Source: Felis catus (lineage: Eukaryota). From it: a stretch of DNA of 64,000 nt. The notes under the pieces are model-generated. The model saw only the letters and a program-made list of their open reading frames with translations. It had not been told where the DNA came from and searched no databases. The DNA is taken from the NCBI RefSeq assembly GCF_018350175.1, contig NC_058368.1, positions 202,432,001-202,496,000 on the forward strand, given 5' to 3'. Shown in pieces: positions 12,429 to 24,769 of this stretch. Each line of letters opens with the position of its first letter. Position 1 is the stretch's first letter. The translations under genes and the position numbers were made by a program.

Positions 12429-15400
12429 GTTTCCATACTACCAGCTTTCAAACATGATTAGATTTCTCCTAGTCTTGAAAAGTAGAAAACAAATATATAT
12501 ACCTTCACTTATCCAGTCACAGTGGAAGAGGAGGAACACTGAAAAGTCATATAAATATACAAAATAATAAAAAGTTTGTAATTTGTTCTTCATACTACGG
12601 CATTACCATTGCTTTTGTAATGGTAACCTAATTTTGCATGATCAGTCTAAAACTTTAGTCTCCATTTTTATAATTCTCAAGTTTTAGGCATCTCATGTTT
12701 CCTTGCTTTACCTGCTTCTTTGTGACCTTTCTATCTCCTCATTAACTCCTGTTCTATTTCTCCTGTACCCAACGCTCATCACTTCTGCTCACGTAATTCC
12801 TAAACCGGCACCTCCACTGATCATCAGTCTTCCTACTCTTTAGATTCATTCCCCCCGCCCCAACTAAACCAGAATAGTTTCAGTGGGTTCTTCTAGCTTG
12901 TCCAAAATGAACATGTCCAAAAGTGAATGAAATCTTACTATGAAACCAGATCTTCCCAATTACTAATTTCTCTACCTGGCTTCACCTTTAACAACTTGAT
13001 TCTACATTCCCAGGTTAGAAACTTAGAATCGTAGAATCATGTTCCATTTCCACCCTTCCTTCCATTTCTGTACTAGGTATTGTTGCAAAGTAGAACTTCT
13101 TTTCTCTTCGTTCTTCCCACTGTCTCCAACCTCGTCAGACTCTCATCATCCCCATCGCACCATACTTCTATGACCTCCTTCCAACTGAACTCATATTCCA
13201 TTCCATTTTATTATTTACACTGCTTTTATGGAAAATTTCTGAAAGAAAAAGAAAGTCTTATTTCATTATGCTGCTCAGTTCTTCAAGAATTTCCAAATCT
13301 TCCTTTTGTATTCCATATTGACTACAAATTCTTCTGGTTACTTTTAAATTCCTTTGTAATCAAACCCCATTCTGCCTATTCCTCTCTATTTCCAACTTCT
13401 CTCCAGAATTTACTGTTTTGCTCTGCAAGGGTTGATTTCTGTCCAGCCTCTCAAATACTTCCACACTTAAAATACTGGCATATTTGTATTCCTCTTGCCC
13501 CTTTCATTTCCCCTGTCCAAATCTCACCTGTCAGATCTAGGTTCCTCAACCCCTTCACTCTCCCTTTACAGCAGGTAGGTATATTGCATTTTTTGCATTC
13601 AATCACATTTTCAGAATTCATCACAAAGCTTAGTAGTAATTATTGGCTGAGCCTATGAAAATGAACCAGCTGTTAAGATCAATTATTCCCAGTCATTCAC
13701 ACTCATTTCATCACTCCTTTCACTTGTATGCATATGGTTCTTAAACTAGGATCAGTGCTCATGACCCTCTTGTTGGGAGAAGAACTAAGCCATGCCCGTA
13801 AAGATGAATGTAATCTTTATACACATTTTATGTGAAAACAATATAAAGCTTTGGGAAAGTTAAGATAATAAAAAGGCACATTTTCAAGATTTGGCTTGAT
13901 ACAATAGCTATTGAAATGTCTGTGGTATCACATATGACAGATTATGTTTCAGGTCAAATACTATCATCAATAATTTTTAATAATTCAATTTTAAGTTCAG
14001 CCTTCTGCAGTTTGAGCTCGAGTTTTGGCGGTGTGCAGAGAGCAATAACATCATGAATAACCCAAACTACCTCTATTTATCTTGATACAGTTTACATTCT
14101 AGTTGAATCATATGATTTTCCGAGGCTAGCATGCCAGTTCATTCATTGGATCATTCACTAATACGACAGATATATTTGGAGCACCTGTTATCTGGCAGGA
14201 ATAAGTCATATGGTGACTTATCTACTCCCTTTGGGACTTTCCTAATCCATTTTTTTTTCCATCTGAAATGCGCTCTCTGGCCCCACATCATCTTCATCTA
14301 TCAAAATCCCCAGACCAGCTAGCTAAGTGTCACTTTTCTGCAGTTTCCTCCAGTTCCCTGAACTAAGTTCCCTAAACTCACTTCTCAGTTTCCTTCTCTC
14401 CTGGATTTCCAGAGTGTTTTGTTTATGTTCTATTAATTATCATCTGAATTGATCGTGTTGTAACTTGCATTGTAGTCATGTTCATACATCTTACACTCGT
14501 CATGCATGATGTCTTGCACAGTATAAAGGATCAAAAATTTTTTTGAAATAAAATAAAATTTTATTGGATTGAGGTGAGAAATATGTACTACCAATACTAT
14601 GTTTAAGTGAATTATTCAAACATAGCATTTCATACTGATCAGTATAATTACATGAAAACTTGTCCTCTCTTGGCTTAGGTTATTGAAATCTAGCTTAATG
14701 ACAGATAATGCAAATACGTGTTTATTCCTAAAACTGAATCTTAATAAGTATTCAATTTTTATTTTAGAAAAACTTCACTATCACACTAATGCACATAAAT
14801 GACAGAAACATATATTAATTATTAAGATTTATAAAGAGAAATATAAACTAAATGGATTAGTCACTCCATTATTCTTGGAAAGATATTTGCACTCTCCCTA
14901 TGCCAAGTCCCCATTTCCTTCTCTCAGAGATTTCCATCCAGCCTCATTTCCTTGTTCATATTCTTATTGCCCAAGAGTGGACTGGCTCATGACCATCACT
15001 TTGACTCTTTCCTCCTTTCTGTCTGTAATTGCCCCCTTGGAGGGCTCATATTCTCCCATGAGTAGATTCAGTTTTCAAATCTATGCAAAGACTCTTAAAG
15101 TTGTTTCCCCAGTCCTGGCATCCGTTCTGAATTCTAAAACAGTATAGTTCTAACTGTCTTCCATCATGCAAATATGAAACGGACTAAACACATTATGTCC
15201 AAAATGGAATTTATAATTTCCCCCACCTCTACTGCAAAGTTTCCTTGCTATCATTGTCTAATGTCTCTGGCATAAGACACAGGAGTTTCGTTTGACTCTC
15301 TTAGCTTCCTTCTCCTCGAATCCAGGCAGTCCCACATCTTACATTTTCCTCACAAGGATTTTTTACTCCCTTCTTTTCTGCCTTCCCTAAGTTAGTTTTC

Positions 15401-15780
15401 ATGTTAAATTTCTTAAAAATGGCCTCAGGACTCTCAGATTCTTGCTATGACACACACATATATCCTACAAAGTAAAACTCTGATTTGAGAAGATTGTTGG
15501 AGACTGTCCAGGTTCAGTTTCTACAAGGAAGAAGGTAGATATCCAGAGAGACACAAATTTTTAATTATAAGGTCTAGGTACTACTAAATACTTGAAGTTC
15601 AGCACTTGTGTGTACAAGCTAGTCTTCTTTCTGCCTTGTCACACTGCTTATTCTTCAGTGGATTTTTTTTTTCTAACACCAGGAATTATTTGGGTCAATA
15701 TAAACACAAATATGACACAAATATTTCAAGGTAATGGCAGAATATTATTTTTCTATAAAACTGTTACTTTTTATTTTACT

Positions 15781-15978
15781 TTAATTTTTTTAAAGAATTT
15801 AAGTTTATTTACTTATTTTTAGAGGTGGGGAGGGGCAGAGAGCGATGGAGACAGATGATCCCAAGCAGGTCCTGCGCTTTCAGTGCAGGGCCCGATGTGG
15901 GGCTCGAACTCATGAACCGTGAGATCATGACCTGAGCTGAAGTCAGTTGCTTAACTAATTGAGCCACCCACGTGCCCC
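15781..15978 (-). mobile_element. Can-SINE
   Basis: Reverse body ending gagccacccacgtgcccc. Confidence 0.9.
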
Positions 15979-16258
15979 TATAAATTTGTTTTAAAATAAA
16001 GAGCAACTAAGTTGGAAAACAATAGGGCAAAAAGACATTATGCTTATTAAGTAAGATTCCTGCTACTCAATAGAATGCTTGGTTGCCTGATAATATACAT
16101 AAAGCTTGGAATTAAATAAGTGGATATTGCCTGTCCAAATTATGGATCTGTTATCTAGGATGCATGTTCAGTAGTACATATTCAGAGGGGAAGCAGGGAT
16201 AAATACGTAATTTTGCAATTGTGACAGTTTACTTTGATAATTAGTGCTAATTATTTTC

Positions 16259-16378
16259 ATTTATTTTTATTTATTTTAAGTAGGCTCCATGCCCAGTGTG
16301 GAGCCCATTGTGGGGCTTGATCCAATGACCCTGAGATCAGGAGTTGGATGCTTAACTGACTAAGCTACCGGGCACCTC
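16259..16378 (-). mobile_element. Short Can-SINE variant lacking the (CT)n region
   Basis: Reverse tRNA-like head joined directly to an A-rich tail. TSD AGT(G/A)CTAATTATTTTC at 16243-16258 and 16379-16394. Confidence 0.85.
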
Positions 16379-16509
16379 AGTACTAATTATTTTCTATTAA
16401 GTCACTCTGATGAATATAAGGAAACTTGTGCTATGGCTATGGCATAAAAATAATTGATTTTTTGTGTAAAAATATGAATAAATACAAATAAAAAGAAATA
16501 TGATGCATA

Positions 16510-16740
16510 GTGTTAGATTGGGCAGAACCCTGGATCAGTTACCAGAAAACTTGGTTTCAAGTCTCAGATGCCAATACTTAGCCAAGTGGTTTTGGCTAAG
16601 TCACATACCATTTAGTTTTAGCTTTCTCTTCTGTAAACATAGAACTAATAAAACATTCTTATACATCTCACAGAACTGTTGACTAAATACAACAAAAATG
16701 ATTACCGTGAAAATACTTTATGAATACTAAGTTGTTTTAT
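16510..16740 (+). mobile_element. MIR fragment
   Basis: ttggtttcaagtctcagatgccaatacttagcc...ttggctaagtcacat...tttctcttctgtaaa resembles the MIR core. Confidence 0.6.
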
Positions 16741-17254
16741 AGCAATGGGGAAATAAATGGCTGTTGTCTGACAAACGCCTACAATGTCATAGTAGTTAAC
16801 AACCAAGTTGAAAGGTAGCAAAATAGAGCTATCATACTGATTCATCTTACCAATATGAGTTCCTAGAGTTTCATCAGTTCAGAATGTCTTAGAAATGTTT
16901 GTTTTGATAACTTGCAGAACATTTTATATTGATCCTAGGCATGATTTTCTCTTAATACGTGTTTTACAATTTAATGTGATGTGAATTTATTAACAGTATC
17001 AATCTTTGTTAATGTTTTCCCAGAGCCTACAGTATGCTTGACGCTGTACTAATATTTAAAATATCTCAACTCATTGTTACTTTTCTTGATTTTTTTTTTT
17101 TTTGGAAAACTCAGTAGTTTTAAATGTAAAGGGGTTTGTCATTCTAAAATAATACCTTTATTTCTTTTAAAATCTGACATACGGATTTTACTCAGAGGAG
17201 GAGTAATATAAGACAAGTGGGCATGAAACAGTTTTCCCATATTAAAAAGATCTA

Positions 17255-17936
17255 GTATAGCTGACACACAATGTTACATTAATTTCAGGTGTACAACTTA
17301 GTGACTCAATGTCTCTATACATTATGCTCTGCTCACCACACAGCAGAGTACCACAGATGGTGTAGCTACCATCTGTCCCCATACAACACAGTTCCAGTAT
17401 CATTGACTGTAATCCCTATGCTGTACCTTTTGTTCCTATGACTTATTTATTCCATAATTGGAACCCTGTATCTCTCACTCCCCTTCACCCATTTGCCCAT
17501 CTCCCTACCCCCACCCCCTTCTCTGGAAACCATCAGTTCTGTTTTTATAGGTCTGATTCTGCTCTCCGTTTGCGTGTTTTTTTCTTTTTCTTTCTTTCTT
17601 TTTTTATTTTTTAGATTCCACATGAGTGAAATCATATGATATTTGTCTTTCTCAGTTTAACTTATTTCACTTAGCATAATCCATCCATGCTGTCACAGAT
17701 GGCAAGATCTCATATTTTTTTATGCTGCGTAATATTCCACTATATATTACATATATTCTCCATCTTACATATATATGTATACCACATATATGTACCACGT
17801 ATACAACCTATATATACGTATACATACACATACACACATAGACATAAACACACATTATATCTTCTTTATTCACCTCTCAGTGGACACTTAGGTTGCTTCC
17901 ATACTTTGGCCATTGTAAATAATACTGCAATAAACC
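17255..17936 (-). mobile_element. L1 3' end (carnivore L1 / L1MA-like), antisense
   Basis: gtttcaggtgtacaac-like start, ttttagattccacatgagtgaaatcatatgatatttgtctttctc, ggacacttaggttgcttccatactttggccattgtaaataat. Contains an internal TA/CA expansion. Confidence 0.88.
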
Positions 17937-18431
17937 CTTTGATGTTTAGCAAACAGTGTGAGAATGGCAGCTTCTATCCAACAGACTAGCGTAGGCTTCT
18001 GGGAAGATTGTAAGACAGATCTCAAACCAACCACTCGGTAACCTCAGGCCTCCGAGATGTTTAAAAAATATCCTTTTAAGCATTCTTATCATTACCCTCT
18101 GTGGCTCATTTCATGAAAGCCGTTGGGGTTTATAAGACCAGCCAATATAGGCTCCATGGCTCTTCCTTCGCTATACTGGTTAAACTAAGTCCTTATTTAC
18201 TTACAAGAATGTGTGGAATGAATTCACATTGTTTCACAGTTTTAATTGGATTTTATGAATTCAGTTTTTTAAGTCTTTTCTCAGAAGTTAGTCTTTCTAT
18301 TTCTTCAGTCACCTTTCCTCCTCATTCTTTTCTGGACATCTTCCAGCTTGTCCACATTTTCATGATATTGAGGTCCCCAAAATTTTCAAGAGATAGATAC
18401 TTACATGCTGAAATTATAATACAGTTCCTTT

Positions 18432-18630
18432 AATTTTTTCTAAAGTTTTATTTATTTAGTTTGAAACCAAGAGAGAGAGCACGAATGGGGGAGAAGCAGA
18501 AAGAGAGAGAGAGAATTCCAAGCAGCACAGTGCCTAACATGGGGCTTGATCTCACCAACCGTGAGATCACGACCTGAGCCAAAATCAAGAGCTAACTGAC
18601 GCCTAACTGACTGAGCCACGCAGGTGTCCC
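18432..18630 (-). mobile_element. Can-SINE
   Basis: Reverse body ending gagccacgcaggtgtccc. TSD-like A(G/A)TTCCTTTA. Confidence 0.9.
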
Positions 18631-18843
18631 ACAATTCCTTTATTTCTTAATGCCTTGAATTATTCATGCATTCATTTATTCAGTAGATATTTAGATGATT
18701 CACTGTAGTTACAGGCACTGTGTTAGACAATGGGGATATAATGAGAAGTAGAAATACGTGTGATTTCTGAGTACAGTATATCTACAGTAGCTGGAGAAAT
18801 ATACCTTAGAAAAATTGTCCATGCATATAAAAATACAAAGCAG

Positions 18844-18881
18844 GTGTGTGTGTGTGTGCGTGTGTGTGCGTGTGCGTGTGT
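18844..18881. repeat. (TG)n/(CG) compound microsatellite
   Basis: Direct reading. Confidence 0.9.
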
Positions 18882-19178
18882 ATGAGGGAAAAAACAAGGT
18901 ACTTAGAGACCGTATGACTGGGGCACTTGGCCAAGTGTAGAGTTTATTTCTTCATTCAGTTTAGGAATACTTCTCCTGATCTTAGCATGTGCACTGCACT
19001 GTAACAGGTTTTGTTTGGTTTTATTTTCTTTTGTTTTGCTTTTAAATGCAATCCATCACCAAGGCATAGTCATTGCTTTCCATAAAATACCAAGAGATGG
19101 CTTGTGAGAGCTTGTGCCTGCCCAAATATTTTTTGCAATCTTACGTGAAGTGTGACTAAGTATCTTTAGGATAGGTTG

Positions 19179-19221
<43 letters not shown>

Positions 19222-19222
19222 T
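19179..19222. repeat. (ATTT)10 tetranucleotide microsatellite
   Basis: Direct reading. Confidence 0.95.
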
Positions 19223-20102
19223 ATTTGGACAACAATTACAACTCTAAGCAAAGGCAGTATGTTGGCTAAGGAAATAGTTTTACTCAAATCCTGAATCCCT
19301 TTTCCACATCACCCACCTAAAAAGATACTTTGGAAATGCCACAGCTTGACCCTGGATTAGGCTTTATACATTCTAAGGTTTGTGTGTCACAGAGGTTCAG
19401 AGGAAAAAGAGGAATGACTGTGGCTCAGAGACTTCATGATTATGCTAAAATGGGTTGTTTTGCTGGAGGACGCAGAAGCTAAGGAAGAGGAGAAAGGGAT
19501 GAAGTGTATTCCAAACTCTTTCAGGGAGCAGTTGTGCAGAAGAAACTAAGAAAAGGAGGTGCAAAGGACAAGTAATTAGATTAGCCTGTCTAAAGCTCCG
19601 TGAGCAGGTTGAGAATTAGTGAGAGAAAAGGTCAGAAATATTGGGTAGGAATATAAATTAAGATGTTTACATCGATTTTAAATTGCCAACAGTTTGGCAT
19701 GATTTAATTCTCATGAACATATTCTGTAGGTTGATACTTCTCTTGTAATATTTTGTGATTCTGTAACACCCTTAGGGTTTTGAAATAATAACCTTTTAGT
19801 TGCTAATCTCAAAAGGCAACAAAATAATTATTTCAAGTATTGTTCTCTTTGATACATATATAAGAGCAGTTCTTGGGTCCTCCCCCCCAGTTATCTCTCT
19901 GGTACCTAGAAAACCCAGAAATTTTATTTCCTCACAAGTTTTCTGTTTTTGTTATTTGTTTTCTTAGCTGTTGAAGAAGCTAAACACACAGCCTGTCACT
20001 TACCTGAAGGTGAAGCCGTTTCTTTTAAAAATGAACTGAAATGTACAAAACAGAAAACCTCTTGTAGGATTTAATAAATTTATAATTAGCTTTAAAATTT
20101 CA

Positions 20103-20232
20103 GGGGCACCTGGGATGGTTCAATCTGTTAAATGACCAGCTCTTGATTTTGGCTAGGGTCATGACCTTGTGGTTCCTGGGACCAGGTCTTGCATAGGGCT
20201 CTGTGCTGACAGCACAGAGCCTGCTTGGTATC

Positions 20233-20289
<57 letters not shown>

Positions 20290-20350
20290 TGCCCCTCCCC
20301 CACTCACACTTTCTCTGTGTCTCAAAATGAATAATAAACATTAAAAAAAA
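20103..20350 (+). mobile_element. Can-SINE with expanded (CT)n
   Basis: ggggcacctgggatggttcaatc head, (CT) of about 24 units at 20237-20284. TSD TTAAAATTTC. Confidence 0.92.
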
Positions 20351-21115
20351 TTAAAATTTCCTGCAGGGCAATGGGCTACATAAAGCACATATAAGACCTG
20401 CCCATTAATAGGATTCAGTTATCTATGGAGCAACGTCCTATTCTGGATATATGGTCTGTTAAAGCAAATACACAAAACAAACAAAAAAACCCACAACGTT
20501 TAATAATGTCACTGAATGAAGAAGGAAGGGATGAAAGAAAAGATGCCAAACATATTTCAAGTTAAAGCTATGCAGAAACACACATATAGGGGAGCAGAAG
20601 TGATGTGGAGTGCATATTCATTTGATTCATCTGTAGGTGACTGAAAATTGTTCCTACTGACAGGTCTGCTTAAAATATGCCCGGATATTTGTGTGAATTA
20701 CCCAGACAATTAAAGAAACTTGGTCCTCAATTCTTAAATATTCCACAGTAAATGTTACTCTGCCCACATACCTTTGATACTTGTTACAAACCTGGGAACA
20801 TATGCTCCTGGTAGAAGCATGTACTTGACGAATCACCCAGTCTGCTCCTCAGATAATATGCAGCTGCCAGTGGGTAAAAACCTCAATGTAATTTAACTAT
20901 GAAATAACATCTTTATTTTTATTTCAGGGAAAAATCATAGGCCAAATGGAAGTCATATTTCTATTTATCTGTATAGAACCTAAAATCTAGGACATGAATA
21001 ATTTTCAACTTCAAAAGTCTTTTGTTAAAAAGAAGTAGATACTGATGATTTTTTAAAGTATTTTGAGGGAAATACAGTAATGTAAAATCTATAACTATAA
21101 GCAGAATGTAACATT

Positions 21116-21307
21116 AAAGTTTTTTTAATGTTTATTTATTTTGAGAGAGAGAGCATGAGCTGGGAAGGGGCAGAGAGAGAGGTAGAGAGAATCTCAAGCA
21201 GGCTGTGTGCTAACAGCACATGGGCCCAAACTCACGACCTGTGAGATCATGACCTGAACTGAAATCAAGAGTTGGAGGCTCAACCAACGGAGCCATCCAG
21301 GCACCCC
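21116..21307 (-). mobile_element. Can-SINE
   Basis: TSD AGAATGTAACATT at 21103-21115 and 21310-21322. Confidence 0.92.
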
Positions 21308-22687
21308 TAAGAATGTAACATTTTTAATTGAGCTTTTATTTGATTACATTCTTGGCTGTGCTTGATCATGATCCTTCATTTTAATTGGGAAAACAAGGTT
21401 TTAAAATATATGAAGAGAAAATACTCGATGTAGCCTTAGATTTGTTTTATAATGGAACAGCTAAAGCATTAACTTAAATGTAAATGCACCACCAGACCTT
21501 ATAGATTTCATGGCATTCAGTCCCTTTAACTCTACATTGTGTCTGTTTCTCTTGGTATTCCTAGTGGTAACCTAGAAATTAGGATTGTTTTTAATACTCA
21601 GTGAATATGTGTGGCAGGTGCACACTAATACAAGATTTTGTAGTTGTGTAAGTATCAATTACTGATTTTGAAATTCTGCCCAGTTCTTCTGTCCTTCCCC
21701 AAGGAAGACTTGATCATTCCCCTTGGTCTGCCCATCCTAGGATTGCTCTTTTTATGTCTATCATAGAACTTGTAATATTTTAGAAAATATTGTTGTTTAT
21801 CTTTCCTAGACCTTCTTTTCTTGAGGACTGGGGCTATGTCTAATTCTCTTTGGTGCTTAAAGACAAGCCTAGGAAGCAGAACATATTTGTTGATAAATTA
21901 ATGTTTGTGCTGTGAATAAAATGCAACCTCAGGACCTCCTCAGCAAATGCTTTCTGTAAATTTCTTTAATAGTAGTACTTTTTACAATGGATGACCAATT
22001 GTTTTTCTCTTTTGGAAACCCAGAGTGCTTACCATGTACTATTTATGAACATGTCTTAAACTTTGTCCTAGTCTCATTTAAGTACAAGTTTTCATTTTCC
22101 TATTAAGTTGGAAGTTCTTGAGTTTGTACATAATATGTGTTTGCCTTCTCAGAGTGCGAAGAACAATATCTACTGTGCAGAGGGTAGCCAGTACATATTT
22201 GTTGGAATTGTTATAATGTAACCACCTGAAGAAAATATTTGGTACTAAATTTGACTTTTGTTTTCCAAATGCTTTTTGCCTTTAGAGCATGTGAATTGAT
22301 TTTGGTTTATACACTAGTGAGATATCTTTGCAGGCCAAGGTAGATTTTTTTGTTTTCATTTCAGATAGGTAACTGATAAGGACAGGTGCAGGTCCGGTTG
22401 TGCTGCCCTACTATGCTACAAAGTGTGGGAAAGTATTGTGCTTGTTTAATATTACTCTTATATTCTTGAATCATTTATTCAAGCATCAAATATGGTGGAA
22501 GGTATATAAGGATGGAAGTTGGTCATAGGTTCAAAAGCAATTTTACTCATTTCCTGCCTACAAGAATTTAAGAACAGACCTTGGTTGGGTTTCAGTTTCC
22601 TCTTAAATTTAGATAATGCTGCCAACTTTTTATTTTGAGTATCAAATGTGACAGTGTTTACAAAACGCCTATTATAAAATAAATGTT

Positions 22688-22857
22688 GGGCGCCTGGGTG
22701 GCTCAGTGGGTTAAGCATCCGACTCTTGATTTCGGTTTAGGTCATGATCTCACAGTGTATGGGTTCGAGCCCCAGGTTGGGCTGTGCACTGATGCCTGCT
22801 TGGGATTCTCTCTCCTTCTCTCTGCCCCTCCCCAACTTGTGCTTGCTCGCTTTCTCG

Positions 22858-22892
<35 letters not shown>

Positions 22893-22922
22893 AAAATAGA
22901 TAAACTTAAAAAAAGTAAAAAG
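22688..22922 (+). mobile_element. Can-SINE
   Basis: gggcgcctgggtggctcagtgggttaagcatccgactc head, CT tract, A tail. Confidence 0.92.
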
Positions 22923-23784
22923 AAATAAATCTTACCTATACTTTATCGCCCTTATGTTGCTTTCTTTTTAAGTATTCAGTGAGGTGAATTATATGCAGAA
23001 ATCAGGATCTTGAACACATTCAAAAACTTCCATAAGATGTAAGCATTTTTCAGACTTGAGGACACAATAATGTACTTTGATACTGATTTTGAACCTTCCA
23101 TCACACCTTCAAGCTGCAGCAGTAATACAAAGGATCTGTGTGGCTTTGGCGGCTTAGGAATGAACAAAGAGGATAAGGGTTTTTTGAGATTTGCAGAGTA
23201 ACAAACACAGGGGAAGTGACCTAAATTATCAGTGACGAGAAAGATAAACCGGACAATTCGAGAACAAGCAGTGTGGTAGGAAGATTGTGGCAAGAATGAG
23301 GGAAGAATTATTCTGAAATTAAAACCTCCAACTTGAATAAACCTTTAAATTAGCTATGTATTCAGACGGGGAAGAAGTCAGTCATCTTCCTTCTCTGCAA
23401 AATTTCGCAGTGATTGGACCAAAGTATATCAGCAAATATAAAGCCCTTAGGAACTAATGGTCATTTAATTGAGCTTTAAAATAAAGGTGTCCTCAATGTC
23501 TGTGTCATGGGACTATCTAGTGGTAAGGTTAGTTAATATGGAGTTTCTTTTAGTCCATCCTTGGAAATAGTTAAAAAAAGTGGATGTCAACTTAATGAAT
23601 TTTACACTAGAGTGAATGGTGCTAGCACACATTTTGTTTGGCATGACCACTCACAATATTTTTGCTTTCCTTAAATGAATGAAATGCTGAGAGTCACAGT
23701 GGAGAATACAATTTTAAAAAATCACTTACGGTAAATTAAATAAGGCTAAGAAACTAAGGAGTAGTTTTAGATTAGACTGTTTTT

Positions 23785-24017
23785 TTTAACGTTTTTAATT
23801 TATTTATTTATTTTTGGGACAGAGAGAGACAGAGCATGAACGGGGGAGGGGCAGAGAGAGAGGGAGACACAGAATCGGAAACAGGCTCCAGGCTCCGAGC
23901 CATCAGCCCAGAGCCCGACGCAGGGCTCGAACTCACGGACCGCGAGATCGTGACCTGGCTGAAGTCGTGACCTGGCTGAAGTCGGACACTTAACCGACTG
24001 CGCCACCCAGGCGCCCC
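23785..24017 (-). mobile_element. Can-SINE, young SINEC_Fc type with an internal 17-bp duplication
   Basis: CpG-intact reverse copy. TSD AGATTAGACTGTTTTT at 23769-23784 and 24019-24034. Confidence 0.95.
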
Positions 24018-24769
24018 AAGATTAGACTGTTTTTAAAGAACTCTAAAATTAAGCACTAGGAGCTATTTTATATATTTTTTACTCATCTTTTATAAGTTAA
24101 TGATTTTGATGTTTATGGAAAATCTATATGTCATCATAAAGATAGAAAACTGCAGCATAAAACTACTTAATCTTTAAGGAGTTCTTTTCCATTCTGTACC
24201 TTTTCATTAAAGCCGTATAGACTTGCAGATATATATTTCATGCATGGCAATTGGGAGTAAACAGGTGTTTTGATTCAGTGGAATGAAAATTGTGGCCTTC
24301 CTTTAAAGTAAATTTGAATGCCATAATGAAAATACCCTTGAATGATATCTTTCTTTCCGTTGTCTAAAACAAGAAAATTAGAAAAGTTGGAAAATAATTC
24401 TATCACTCAAGGATAAAATAAAAAGTTTATACCTGTTTAATTTCCAAACCATTTAAAGGAACAAATGATCATGTCTTTTAATTAAAATCTTATAATGGTG
24501 TAACAACCCCTTCTTAACATAAATGTGATTAATTTGGGTTTGATCATTGGGAAGTTGGAAGTATATCTACTGTTTGCTAGGCAATTTAAGTGTAAAGAAG
24601 ATTGGCCTATAGTTTGGCTAGGAATAAGTTCAAGAGCGGTATTTTCAGACATCGCTTATTAAATGGTCTTTGCCAAATTATTATTGGTACCATATTTTGG
24701 TAAGATATTCACTGTCCATTTGTAGGAGCTCTCAAATGCTGGAAATCACATAGAAAAATTGAGATAGGA

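Noticed and set aside
12094..12567. 157-aa ORF and similar ORFs (4594, 5830, 20100, 22683, 23800, 29077, 46436, 58786, 61018)
   Set aside because: Translations of Can-SINE bodies (GAWVAQSVK..., ERERER).
12603..12626. Small hairpin TTACCATTGC-TTTT-GTAATGGTAA
   Set aside because: A single short stem is expected by chance in 64 kb of AT-rich DNA.
13080..13658. 192-aa ORF, the longest in the window
   Set aside because: Non-ATG start, L/S/F-rich composition from pyrimidine-rich L2-like sequence, no recognisable domain.
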